Positions 41,090 to 49,968 of a stretch of 64,000 nucleotides of DNA are shown here, piece by piece. The notes beneath the pieces were generated by a model. That model saw only the letters and a list, made by a program, of their open reading frames with translations. It was not told the DNA's origin and made no database searches. The translations under genes were made by a program, and so were the position numbers. Within the stretch, counting starts at the first letter, position 1. Each line of letters opens with the position of its first letter. Source of the stretch: Corallococcus sp. AS-1-6 (GTDB lineage Bacteria; Myxococcota; Myxococcia; Myxococcales; Myxococcaceae); the NCBI RefSeq assembly GCF_020037015.1, contig NZ_JAIQDE010000007.1:179886-243885 (forward strand). Direction: 5' to 3'.

Positions 41090-43858
41090 ATGGACGAGCA
41101 ACGCCCCGCCAAGCCCCCGGCCCGGACGGACCCCTCCATCGACCTGCTCCACCAGCGGACCCGTCAGCCGCTGGAGGTCATCTTCTCCCCCCGCAGCGTC
41201 GCGGTGGTGGGGGCGAGCGAGCGGCCCGGCAGCGTGGGCCGCACCGTCCTCTGGAACCTCATCAGCAGCCCGTTCGGCGGCACCGTCTACCCGGTGAACC
41301 CGCAGCGGCCCAACGTGCTCGGCATCAAGGCGTGGCCCTCCCTGCGCGCGCTGCCGGAGCCGGTGGACCTGGCCGTCATCGTCACCCCCGCGAAGTCCGT
41401 GCCGGCCATCATCCGCGAGTGCGCGGAGGTCGGCGTCAAGGGCGTCATCATCATCTCCGCGGGCTTCAAGGAGACGGGGCCGGAGGGCGCGAAGCTGGAG
41501 CAGGAGGTGCTGCACATCGCGCAGGCCGCGAACCTGCGCATCATCGGGCCCAACTGCCTGGGCGTGATGCGCCCCACCAGCGGCTTCAACGCCACCTTCG
41601 CCAAGGGCATGGCCCGCCCCGGCAACGTGGCCTTCATCAGCCAGTCCGGCGCGCTGCTCACCTCCATCCTCGACTGGAGCCTGCGCGAGGCCGTGGGCTT
41701 CAGCGCCTTCGTCTCCGTGGGCTCCATGCTGGACGTGGGCTGGGGGGACCTCATCGACTTCCTCGCGGATGATCCGATGACGCGCTCCATCCTGCTGTAC
41801 ATGGAGTCCATCGGCGACGCGCGCGCCTTCCTGTCCGCCGCGCGCGAGGTGGCCCTCACCAAGCCCATCATCGTCATCAAGGCCGGCCGCACCGCGCAGG
41901 CCGCGCAGGCCGCCGCGTCCCACACCGGCACGCTCGCCGGCAGCGACGAGGTGCTCTCCGCCGCCTTCCGCCGCGCGGGCGTGCTGCGCGTGGACTCCAT
42001 CGAGGACCTGTTCCACATGGCGGAGGTGCTGGCCCGCCAGCCCCGGCCCTCCGGCCGCAGGCTCACGCTGCTCACCAACGCGGGCGGCCCCGCGGTGCTC
42101 GCCACGGACGCGCTCGTGTCCGGCGGCGGCGAGCTGGCCGTGCTGTCCGACGACACCCGGAAGCAACTGGACGGCTTCCTGCCGCCGCCGTGGAGCCACG
42201 CCAACCCGGTGGACATCCTGGGAGACGCGGACGCGGAGCGCTACGCGAAGGCGCTGGAGACTACCGGCGCGGACCCCAACAGCGACGGCCTGCTCGTCAT
42301 CCTCACCCCGCAGGACATGACGGAGCCCACCCAGACGGCGGACCGCCTCAAGGGCTACGCGAAGCTGCCCGGCAAGCCCGTGCTCGCCAGTTGGATGGGG
42401 GGCTCCGAGGTCGCCGCGGGCGAGCGCATCCTCAACGACGCGGGCATCCCGACCTTCGGCTACCCGGACACCGCGGCCCGCGTCTTCAACTACATGTGGC
42501 GCTACTCGGACAACATCGCCGGGCTCTATGAGACGCCCACGCTGGCGGAGGAGCCCACCGGCGGAGGCCGCGACGTCGCCCGCGCCCTGGTGGACGAGGC
42601 CCGCGCCTCCGGCCGCACCCTGCTGTCCGAGTACGAGTCCAAGCGCCTGCTGGCCGCCTACGGCATCCCCACCGTGGAGACGTGGCTCGCCACGACGGAG
42701 GACGAGGCGGTGGAGAAGGCCCGCGCGCTGGGCTTCCCCGTGGTGCTCAAGCTGCACTCGCTCACGGTGACGCACAAGACGGACGTGGGCGGCGTGCGGC
42801 TGGACCTGCGCGACGAGGCCCAGGTGCGGGACGCGTACCGCGCCATCCGCGACGCGCTCGCGGAGCGGGGCCTCCAGGACGCGCTCCAGGGCGTCACCGT
42901 GCAGCCCATGGCGAAGCTGGACGGCTACGAGCTCATCCTGGGCAGCAGCCTGGACGCGCAGTTCGGGCCGGTGCTGCTCTTCGGCGCGGGCGGCACGCTG
43001 GTGGAGGTGATGCAGGACCGGGCCCTGGGCCTGCCGCCGCTCACCACCACGCTGGCGCGGCGGATGATGGAGCGCACGCGCATCCACCACGCGCTCAAGG
43101 GCGTGCGCGGCCGGGCCCCCGTGGACCTGGGCGCGCTGGAGCGGCTGATGGTGCGCTTCAGCCAACTGGTGGTGGAGCAGCCCCTCATCCGCGAGCTGGA
43201 CATCAACCCGCTGCTCGTCTCCGGTGAGCGCATCATCGCGCTGGACGCGCGCGTGGTGCTGCACCCGCCGGACGTGCAGGCCGCGTCGCTGCCGAAGCTC
43301 GCCATCGAACCGTACCCGCACCAGTACGCGAAGGTGCTCACGCTGAAGAACGGCGAGCAGCTCCTGGTGCGCCCCATCCGCCCGGAGGACGAGCCCGCCA
43401 TGGGCCGCTTCCACCAGGCCCTCTCCGAGCAGACGGTGTTCATGCGCTACGCGGGCCTGATGAAGCTCAGCCAGCGCGTGGCCCATGAGCGCCTGGCGCG
43501 CATCTGCTTCAACGACTACGCGCGGGAGATGGCGCTCGTCGCGGAGAGGCCGTCCCCGGACGGGAAGGGCGGGGGAGAGATTCTGGCGGTGGGCCGGCTC
43601 ACGCGCCTGCGCGGCACGAAGGACGCGGAGTTCGCCATCACCGTCAGCGACACGGCCCAGCGGCTGGGCCTGGGCACGGAGCTCTTGCGGCGGCTGGTGG
43701 ACATCGGGAAGGACTGGGGCCTGCGCCGCATCGTCGCGGACATCCTCACGCGCAACCGCGGCATGCAGGCCGTCAGCAAGAAGCTGGGGTTCACGCTCCT
43801 GGAGCACGAGGAGCTGGCCCCGGACATGGTCAAGGCCGTGAAGGTGCTCAACGGCTGA
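41090..43858 (+). CDS. Bifunctional ADP-forming acetyl-CoA synthetase-like (CoA-binding + ATP-grasp) / GNAT acetyltransferase (Pat-like protein acetyltransferase)
   Basis: It has a CoA-binding N-terminus ([14 protein letters not shown]), a succinyl-CoA-synthetase-like flavodoxin domain, an ATP-grasp domain, and a C-terminal GNAT domain ([20 protein letters not shown]). It is 922 aa. Confidence 0.8.
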   Translation: MDEQRPAKPPARTDPSIDLLHQRTRQPLEVIFSPRSVAVVGASERPGSVGRTVLWNLISSPFGGTVYPVNPQRPNVLGIKAWPSLRALPEPVDLAVIVTPAKSVPAIIRECAEVGVKGVIIISAGFKETGPEGAKLEQEVLHIAQAANLRIIGPNCLGVMRPTSGFNATFAKGMARPGNVAFISQSGALLTSILDWSLREAVGFSAFVSVGSMLDVGWGDLIDFLADDPMTRSILLYMESIGDARAFLSAAREVALTKPIIVIKAGRTAQAAQAAASHTGTLAGSDEVLSAAFRRAGVLRVDSIEDLFHMAEVLARQPRPSGRRLTLLTNAGGPAVLATDALVSGGGELAVLSDDTRKQLDGFLPPPWSHANPVDILGDADAERYAKALETTGADPNSDGLLVILTPQDMTEPTQTADRLKGYAKLPGKPVLASWMGGSEVAAGERILNDAGIPTFGYPDTAARVFNYMWRYSDNIAGLYETPTLAEEPTGGGRDVARALVDEARASGRTLLSEYESKRLLAAYGIPTVETWLATTEDEAVEKARALGFPVVLKLHSLTVTHKTDVGGVRLDLRDEAQVRDAYRAIRDALAERGLQDALQGVTVQPMAKLDGYELILGSSLDAQFGPVLLFGAGGTLVEVMQDRALGLPPLTTTLARRMMERTRIHHALKGVRGRAPVDLGALERLMVRFSQLVVEQPLIRELDINPLLVSGERIIALDARVVLHPPDVQAASLPKLAIEPYPHQYAKVLTLKNGEQLLVRPIRPEDEPAMGRFHQALSEQTVFMRYAGLMKLSQRVAHERLARICFNDYAREMALVAERPSPDGKGGGEILAVGRLTRLRGTKDAEFAITVSDTAQRLGLGTELLRRLVDIGKDWGLRRIVADILTRNRGMQAVSKKLGFTLLEHEELAPDMVKAVKVLNG

Positions 43859-43888
43859 CCGTGCCCGGGGCTCCCCGTCACCTGGGCA

Positions 43889-44704
43889 CTACACGTCGTC
43901 GCAGGGCGTGCCCAGCCGCGCGCCCGTGTAGACGCCCAGCTCGTTGTAGATGAAGGGCAGGTTCTCACCCACCGGCACCGCGCGCAGCTTCTGGCGCTTG
44001 CTCTTCACCACCCAGAACGATGGCTCCTCGCGGTCCACCACGAGGCGCAGGTCGCCGCCCTGCGTGGAGAAGATCTCCCCCTGCGAGTCGGTGACGACGT
44101 TGAGCATCTTCTGCTGCTTCACCTGGCCGCGCTGGCCCGTGAAGATGCGGAAGCTCTTGTTGTCCGCGCCGATGCCGCGCTCCACCAGGTAGTAGACGCC
44201 CTTGTCGTCGCGCAGCAGGGCGTACGGCTGGAACTTCACCGGGTTGGGCTGGTAGGCCGCCTTGCGCAGCAGCTCCCGGGCCTGGTCCGCGGGCACCGGC
44301 TGCTGCGGCAGGGTCTTCTCCCCGCAGCTCAGCGTGCACGTCTTCTGGTCCTCGCTGAGCTTCAGGTACGACACGACCCGGTAGTCCATGCCGCGGAAGT
44401 TGTCGTTGGCCTTGGGGTTGAAGAAGCGGGGCTCGAAGAAGCCGCCCTCCGTGGCGTTGGGGTAGCCCACGGGCGCCACCTGCGTGAACGTCTTGCCGTC
44501 CCCGTAGTACAGCTCGCCGTCGTGCTCGGGCGTCTGGGGCAGGAGGACCGTGTAGTGGCCCTTGCCGTCCGCGCAGACCTTCGCGGACTCCAGCACCATG
44601 CGCTCGCGCAGCTTCTGCTCCTTGCCCCAGGGGGGATCCATCGCGAGCGCGGCTTGCGGGGCCAGGACGAGCCCCAGGGCGATGACCATGCGTCGAAAAG
44701 TCAT
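43889..44704 (-). CDS. Secreted hypothetical protein
   Basis: Signal peptide MTFRRMVIALGLVLAPQAALA. It is 271 aa. Confidence 0.5.
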   Translation of the reverse strand: MTFRRMVIALGLVLAPQAALAMDPPWGKEQKLRERMVLESAKVCADGKGHYTVLLPQTPEHDGELYYGDGKTFTQVAPVGYPNATEGGFFEPRFFNPKANDNFRGMDYRVVSYLKLSEDQKTCTLSCGEKTLPQQPVPADQARELLRKAAYQPNPVKFQPYALLRDDKGVYYLVERGIGADNKSFRIFTGQRGQVKQQKMLNVVTDSQGEIFSTQGGDLRLVVDREEPSFWVVKSKRQKLRAVPVGENLPFIYNELGVYTGARLGTPCDDV

Positions 44705-44721
44705 GTCAGTGGGCTTTCGTT

Positions 44722-45552
44722 CTAGAGGGTGTCGGTGAAGAAGGAGGTGGTCGCGTCCGGCTGGACCGTCTCACCGGAGGTCACGGTCCAGATGACCTTC
44801 TGGGCCTCCAGCTTCAGCGCGGCCTTCGCGTCCATGCGGCACTCCACCGTCTGGAGCTTCTGCTGGATGGTGCGCTTCGCCTCGTCGGAGCGCTCGCACA
44901 GCTTCTGGAGCGACTCCAGCGGGCCCGCGCAGTAGCTGCCGAAGGACATCTCGTTGATCTGCTCGTCCGTGATGGAGTCCCAGGCCACGGTGGACGTCAG
45001 CTTGGAGCCGCACGCCTTGTTCGTCGCCTCCAGGGCCTCCGCCAACTGCGTCTCCGCCTGGCTCGCCCAGAACTTGCGGTCGAACGCGAGCAGGGCCTGG
45101 TACTTCTTGTCGCCCTCCAGGTCCTGGTAGCGCTCGAAGACCTTCTCCACCTTCAGCGCGCCCGTCTTGCCCGTGTCCGGCTTCAGGTGCGTGTAGCCCG
45201 TGTGGTTCACGCCGCTGAACACGAGGTCCTCGTAGCCGCCCCGGTCATGCACGGAGACGAAGCGCTGCTTGCGGCCGCGCCACAGCGTCCAGTACTCCAT
45301 GGCGCGGCTGTCCCGGCCCACGGAGGCGACCAGCACCTGGCCGTCCAGCTCGCTCTTCGTGCCGTCGAAGGCGACCAGCGCCTTCTTCGCGTCACCGGGC
45401 TCCAGCGCGATGAGGGTGATCTTCTCGCCGGCCTCGTTGGAATACACCTTGCCGGTGGCGGGCTTCGTCCCCGCCACCTCGCTGTCGGGCCGCACACCCC
45501 GGGTACACCCCAGGGACAGCGCCACGACCCCCACTGCCAGTAGCACTCTCAC
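44722..45552 (-). CDS. Hypothetical lipoprotein
   Basis: Lipobox VALSLGCTRG. It is 276 aa. Confidence 0.5.
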   Translation of the reverse strand: MRVLLAVGVVALSLGCTRGVRPDSEVAGTKPATGKVYSNEAGEKITLIALEPGDAKKALVAFDGTKSELDGQVLVASVGRDSRAMEYWTLWRGRKQRFVSVHDRGGYEDLVFSGVNHTGYTHLKPDTGKTGALKVEKVFERYQDLEGDKKYQALLAFDRKFWASQAETQLAEALEATNKACGSKLTSTVAWDSITDEQINEMSFGSYCAGPLESLQKLCERSDEAKRTIQQKLQTVECRMDAKAALKLEAQKVIWTVTSGETVQPDATTSFFTDTL

Positions 45553-45612
45553 GACGACTCCTTGGATTGCGGGCGCGCCCCCGCTCTGGAGCTTCCGCGC
45601 GCCCGGACGACC

Positions 45613-47253
45613 CTACAGGTCGATATCGTACTGCGAACAGTATTGTCGGACCCTTGGACGTTCCGTTGCCGGGACGCGGGTCCATTGCGCCCGCGCGTTC
45701 GCCAGGTCGTGCTGCTGGCAGTACACGCGCGTGAGCAGCGAGAACGACAGGCCGGTGATCTTCGTGCGCTGGCTGCGCCGGATGTGACGCAGCGCTTCCG
45801 ACGTGTTGGACGCGTCCAGCGCCTTCTGCGCCGCCGCCAGGTCCTCGCGCACGCTGTCCGGCATGGACTCCGGGGTGCCGCGCGGCTTCGGCCTGGCCGT
45901 CACCGTGGACGGCTCCGCGGTGGGCTGCCGGGGCTCCTCCGGCTCCGTCGGCTGTGGCTGCTGGGGCTCCGGGTCCACGGGCGGCTTCGGATCCACCGGC
46001 TGCGCCACGACCACTGCGGGCGGCGGGGTGACGGGCGCCGCGGGCTGGGCTTGCGGCTGGACCGGCGGATCCGCCACGACGGCGGCGGGCGGCGCCACAC
46101 CCGGGCGCTTCCAGAAGAAGGCGACGGCGAACGCGATGATGACCGCCAGCCCCACGGCCACGGCCACCGGCCACTTCGGACGGGCGTGGGCCAGCGGCTG
46201 CGCGGGCAGGGACGCTGTCTCGGGCCCGGAAGGGGCGTGCGGGCGCATGCCCACCGTGGGGATGTGCTCCTCGCGGTCCGGCAGACGCGGGGAGGACGGC
46301 GGGGCCGTGGGAGGGGTGGGGCGCGAGCGCTGCTCCGGCTTTGCCTCCGCGAGCGTCTGGAGCGGGCTGCCCGTCAGCTCCAGGATGAACGCGCCGACGT
46401 CCGGGTAGCGGTCCTCCGGCTTCTTCGCCATGGCGCGGGAGATGGCCGCCACCACGTGCGGCGGCGTCTGGGGCGCCAGCGTCAGGAGCGGCGGGGGCTC
46501 CAGGTGGACGATCTGGTAGATGAGCTCCGCGACGTTCTCGCCGGAGTAGGGCGGCCGGCCCGCGAGCATCTCGTAGACGATGCAGCCGAACGCGAAGAGG
46601 TCCGTGCGCGCGTCCACGTTGCTGTTGTGGCCCATGGCCTGCTCCGGGGCCATGTACTGCGGCGTGCCCATCAGCACGGAGTCCAGCGTCTGCACCGTGC
46701 GCGAGTCCACGAGCTTGGAGATGCCGAAGTCGAGCAGCTTCACGCGCTCGCCCACGACGCCGCCCGCCTCCGTGGGCACGAGGAACACGTTGCCCGGCTT
46801 CAGGTCGCGGTGCACCACGCCCGCGCGGTGCGCCGCCTGCAACGCCGCGCCCATCTGCCGCGTGATGGAGAAGACCTCCTCCAGCGGCAACTGCTTCTGC
46901 TTGCGCAGCCGGCGCGACAGGCCCTCGCCGCGCAGGTACTCCATCACCATGAAGGGCGTGCCGTCCTCCAGGGTGTCGAAGTCCAGCACCTCCACGATGT
47001 TCGGGTGCCCCAGCCGCGAGGCGATCTCCGCCTCACGCCGGAAGCGCACCGCCACCTCTTCCGACAGCGCCTCCGCGCCGTGCAGCACCTTGATGGCGAC
47101 CTGCTTGCCCGGCAGGCGCAGGTGGCGCGCGAGGAACACCGCGCCCATCCCACCCTTGCCCAGCACGGTGCCAATCTCATACGTGGAGCGCAGGATCCGT
47201 CCCGTCGTCAACGGCTCGCTCTGCGCGGAGGTCGGTTCGGTTGGCTTTTGCAT
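45613..47253 (-). CDS. Ser/Thr protein kinase with Pro-rich linker and C-terminal TM/extracytoplasmic domain
   Basis: GKGGMGAVF, VAIK, HRDLKPGN, DFG and APE are all intact. It is 546 aa. Confidence 0.85.
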   Translation of the reverse strand: MQKPTEPTSAQSEPLTTGRILRSTYEIGTVLGKGGMGAVFLARHLRLPGKQVAIKVLHGAEALSEEVAVRFRREAEIASRLGHPNIVEVLDFDTLEDGTPFMVMEYLRGEGLSRRLRKQKQLPLEEVFSITRQMGAALQAAHRAGVVHRDLKPGNVFLVPTEAGGVVGERVKLLDFGISKLVDSRTVQTLDSVLMGTPQYMAPEQAMGHNSNVDARTDLFAFGCIVYEMLAGRPPYSGENVAELIYQIVHLEPPPLLTLAPQTPPHVVAAISRAMAKKPEDRYPDVGAFILELTGSPLQTLAEAKPEQRSRPTPPTAPPSSPRLPDREEHIPTVGMRPHAPSGPETASLPAQPLAHARPKWPVAVAVGLAVIIAFAVAFFWKRPGVAPPAAVVADPPVQPQAQPAAPVTPPPAVVVAQPVDPKPPVDPEPQQPQPTEPEEPRQPTAEPSTVTARPKPRGTPESMPDSVREDLAAAQKALDASNTSEALRHIRRSQRTKITGLSFSLLTRVYCQQHDLANARAQWTRVPATERPRVRQYCSQYDIDL

Positions 47254-47336
47254 CGGCGGTCCAAATTCCTACTAAACCGGGCCGACACGATTGGAAAGCA
47301 CCTGGGTCGAATCCTCCCCCACGGGTCGTCTGCGCA

Positions 47337-47367
47337 GGCTCGGGCTCTCAGGTTCTGAGAGCCCGAG
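47337..47367. terminator. Perfect 13-bp stem-loop (CTCGGGCTCTCAG-gtt-CTGAGAGCCCGAG) followed on the + strand by CTGTATTTTTAT
   Basis: It lies in the 162-bp gap downstream of DUF4142 (minus) and upstream of the kinase (minus). The U-tract is on the + strand, where no upstream + gene exists. Confidence 0.4.
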
Positions 47368-47415
47368 CTGTATTTTTATCCAGAGACCGAAAAAGCGCTC
47401 CGGACGGTGCGCGGG

Positions 47416-48051
47416 CTACGGCGTGGTGGGCGGCAGCACGATGTTCGACTGGATGTCGCTCGCGGAGTTGATGTGCATCTGCACGGCCTGCCGCTCGGCG
47501 GTCGCCTCCTGCGCCAGGGCGGTGTTCTTGATCTGCGGCGACAGCAGGCTGTCCGCGAGGAAGGCGACGCGCGCGTGCGCGTTGAGCTGCGCGCTGATCA
47601 GCGCCAGGTCGAGCCCGGTGCCGACGGGCGGAGCCTCCGGACTGGAGAGGATCCGCATCATCTCCTGGACCTCCGCCTGCAACTGGAGGCTCAGCGCGCT
47701 GTCCTCGGGCGTGATGCCCTGGGCCGCGATGAGCGCGTCCAGGCGCTGCTTCACCGCGGTGTGCTCCGTCACCATCTGGTTGTTGAAGTCGCGCACGGCC
47801 TGCTCGGTGGCGAGCGGCGCGGCGTACTGGCCCAGCATCACCTCGCCCTCGTTGGCCACCTGCAGGATGCGGGCGATCTGCGCGTCGTTGAGCGTCAGCA
47901 CCACGCCCGCGTCGGTGCCCGAGTCCGGGGCCTGCTGCTGTGGCGCGTCCTGCGGCGTCGGCTCCTTCACTTCGCTCCCACACCCGTAGCCCAGCGCCAG
48001 CGCCCCCGCCAGCAGCGTCCCCATCCAGATCTTCGCTGTCCGCATGTCCAA
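47416..48051 (-). CDS. DUF4142-family lipoprotein
   Basis: Lipobox LGYGCG. It is an all-alpha protein with the DUF4142-like repeat character. Confidence 0.55.
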   Translation of the reverse strand: MDMRTAKIWMGTLLAGALALGYGCGSEVKEPTPQDAPQQQAPDSGTDAGVVLTLNDAQIARILQVANEGEVMLGQYAAPLATEQAVRDFNNQMVTEHTAVKQRLDALIAAQGITPEDSALSLQLQAEVQEMMRILSSPEAPPVGTGLDLALISAQLNAHARVAFLADSLLSPQIKNTALAQEATAERQAVQMHINSASDIQSNIVLPPTTP

Positions 48052-48191
48052 ACCCCCGTGAATGTCGCGGGGGCAGGATGGGGAGGCCCTCCAGCCATGG
48101 CCATGCGCGCTTCAGCCGTTGCCACTGTGCCCGTGAGCACGGACCGGGCAGGCAGGCCGTCAGGCGCGACCCGCCGGCCAGACCCACCAGG

Positions 48192-48334
48192 ATGTTTCAC
48201 GGGCATGTTTCAGCCCGCGTCATGACGGAGGAGGTTGGATCCAGAGCGGCGAGCAGGCAGTTCTCAGACATTGGAAAATGCGTCGCACGTCGCGCAACGT
48301 TGACAGTGAAACACCGGATGGTGTCTCGTGTTTC
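48192..48334. promoter_or_regulatory. Direct repeat ATGTTTCA-N5-ATGTTTCA (48192-48212) plus nested palindrome GAAACACC-GGAT-GGTGT-CTC-GTGTTTC (48307-48334) upstream of, or at, the 5' end of the 11-gene + operon
   Basis: Read directly from the sequence. The palindrome arms are the reverse complement of the direct-repeat unit. Confidence 0.3.
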
Positions 48335-49420
48335 CAGATGGACGGTTCACGGCGCGTCACTGTTCTCTCCTTGCACCGGGGTTCCGCGAGCATCGTCCGC
48401 GCCCTGGTGCCCCACTTCGATCTGCCGCCGGCGGAGCTCGCCGCGAGGCTGTTCCGCGCCCCCGCGGTGCTGGCGTCGGGCCTTCCGGAGGACCTCGCCC
48501 GGGGCCTGTCGGAGGTGCTGGGCAACGCGGGCCTGCGCGTGGTCGTGGAGCCGGATGACGCGCCCCTTCCTCCTCCCGCCGGGCAGACCTACGACGTGGC
48601 GCTGTACGTGCGTGACGGCGGGCGCTTCCGCGAGGTCTGCGCGGAGCTGGCGGCCGTCCTGGGCTGTCCCCTGGCGGACGCCGCCTCGGCGCTCTGCGCC
48701 ACGCCGCCCACGGTGGTCGGCTCCGTGTCCCAGGCCACGGTGGACGCGCTCCGGGAGCGCTTCGCCGCGCTGGGCGCGGAGGTGGACGCCAGCCATCCGC
48801 CCACCGCCCACTATGACGTCTTCGCCACGGAAACGGTCAGCCTCGCGATGGTCCGCTCGGTGCTGGAGGCGCAGGGCGTGACTCCGGGCGAGCCGCCGCT
48901 GGTGGCCCGGGACCTCTCGCACGAGCAGGCGGAGCGCGTGTGGCGGGAGCTGGGAGCGCGGGGTGGGGTGCGGTTGTTGGATCACGCCTTCCAGCGCTTC
49001 GACGTCAGCCTCCTGGAGGCCCCCGCCGACGCCGGCTTCCCGGAGCTGCTGGTGCGGGAGACGGGCATGCCCCCGGCGCTGGTGCCGAAGGTGCTCAAGC
49101 GGCTGCCGGTGGTGCTGCACACGGGGCTGTCGCGCGCGGACGTGGTGGCGCGCACCGCGCCCCTGGAGGCCGCGGGCGCGAAGCTGGCCGTGCAGCTCAT
49201 CAACTTCCGCAGCTTCCGCCTGACGGTGGAGGACTCGAAGGACCCCGCCGTGGCCGCGGAGCTGCTGTCTTCGGGGCTGGGGCTGCAAGCCAACGAGGCG
49301 CGCACCGCGCTCTCCCGGCTGCCGCATACCTTCCAGGCCACGGTGGGGGACACGCGCGCGCGCTGGCTCGTCGCGGAGCTGCGCGCGCGGGGCACGCGGA
49401 CGTCGCTGGTGTCCCAGTGA
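48278..49420 (+). CDS. Protein built from five tandem ribosomal bL12 (L7/L12) C-terminal-domain-like repeats
   Basis: Each ~70-aa unit fits the bL12-CTD pattern. One example is DVALYVRDGGRFREVCAELAAVLGCPLADAASALCATPPTVVGSVSQATVDALRERFAALGAEVDAS. The start may be 48338. Confidence 0.55.
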   Translation: MRRTSRNVDSETPDGVSCFQMDGSRRVTVLSLHRGSASIVRALVPHFDLPPAELAARLFRAPAVLASGLPEDLARGLSEVLGNAGLRVVVEPDDAPLPPPAGQTYDVALYVRDGGRFREVCAELAAVLGCPLADAASALCATPPTVVGSVSQATVDALRERFAALGAEVDASHPPTAHYDVFATETVSLAMVRSVLEAQGVTPGEPPLVARDLSHEQAERVWRELGARGGVRLLDHAFQRFDVSLLEAPADAGFPELLVRETGMPPALVPKVLKRLPVVLHTGLSRADVVARTAPLEAAGAKLAVQLINFRSFRLTVEDSKDPAVAAELLSSGLGLQANEARTALSRLPHTFQATVGDTRARWLVAELRARGTRTSLVSQ

Positions 49421-49965
49421 GCGAGCTCGCGCTGCACTTCCGCGTGGCGGAGCAGGGCAAGGTGTTCGCGCTGGCTGGCCGGCATGACGAGGCGCTGCGC
49501 CACTACCGGGAGGCGCTGCGGCTGGCCGCGCTCCAGGGCGGCTCCGACGTCTGCCAGCGCCACTATGCGTGGTGCGTGCTCGAGTCGCTGGAGCGCTCGG
49601 GGGCCCACGAGGCCGTCATCTCCTTCTGCCTGCGCGTGGAGGCCCACTACCAGCAGCAGCCTCCCACGAGCGACCTGGCCCGTCAGGACCTGGCCGCGCA
49701 CCACGAGCGGCACGGCCTGGCGCTGGCGAAGCTGGGGCGCCTGGCCGAGGCGCGCACGCGGCTGGAGTCCGCGGTGGCGCTGGCCGGCGCCGGGCGGCTC
49801 CCGCTGTCGGAGCGGGTGCTGGGCTGGGCGCGCACCGGACTGCACGTGGACGCGCGCCGCATCACGCTGGAGCAGGACCGTCACGCCTACTGGGTCGTCC
49901 GTCCCGACACCGTTCGTCCCGACATCGCCGTCGCACTTCCTCCCGTCGCCGCACCCTTGGGGTAG
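49417..49965 (+). CDS. Hypothetical alpha-helical (TPR-like) protein
   Basis: GTG start overlaps the previous stop (GTGA). ALRHYREALRLAA resembles a TPR repeat. It is 182 aa. Confidence 0.4.
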   Translation: MSELALHFRVAEQGKVFALAGRHDEALRHYREALRLAALQGGSDVCQRHYAWCVLESLERSGAHEAVISFCLRVEAHYQQQPPTSDLARQDLAAHHERHGLALAKLGRLAEARTRLESAVALAGAGRLPLSERVLGWARTGLHVDARRITLEQDRHAYWVVRPDTVRPDIAVALPPVAAPLG

Positions 49966-49968
49966 ACC

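Noticed and set aside
40916-43807. 963-aa minus-strand ORF opposite the Pat-like gene
   Set aside because: It is an antisense artefact. The + strand has CoA-binding, ATP-grasp and GNAT motifs.
47290-47320. GGGTCGAATCC string resembling a tRNA T-loop
   Set aside because: There is no complementary T-stem, no acceptor stem and no anticodon arm around it. The 162-bp gap cannot hold a tmRNA either.
45562-47358. 598-aa + strand ORF opposite the Ser/Thr kinase
   Set aside because: The kinase motifs (GKGGMG, HRDLKPGN, DFG) are on the minus strand. The + frame is R/G/H-rich.
48192-48212. Match of GTTTCAG to the Myxococcus LexA box
   Set aside because: The reported box has GTTCAG with one fewer T and a longer upstream consensus that does not fit here.
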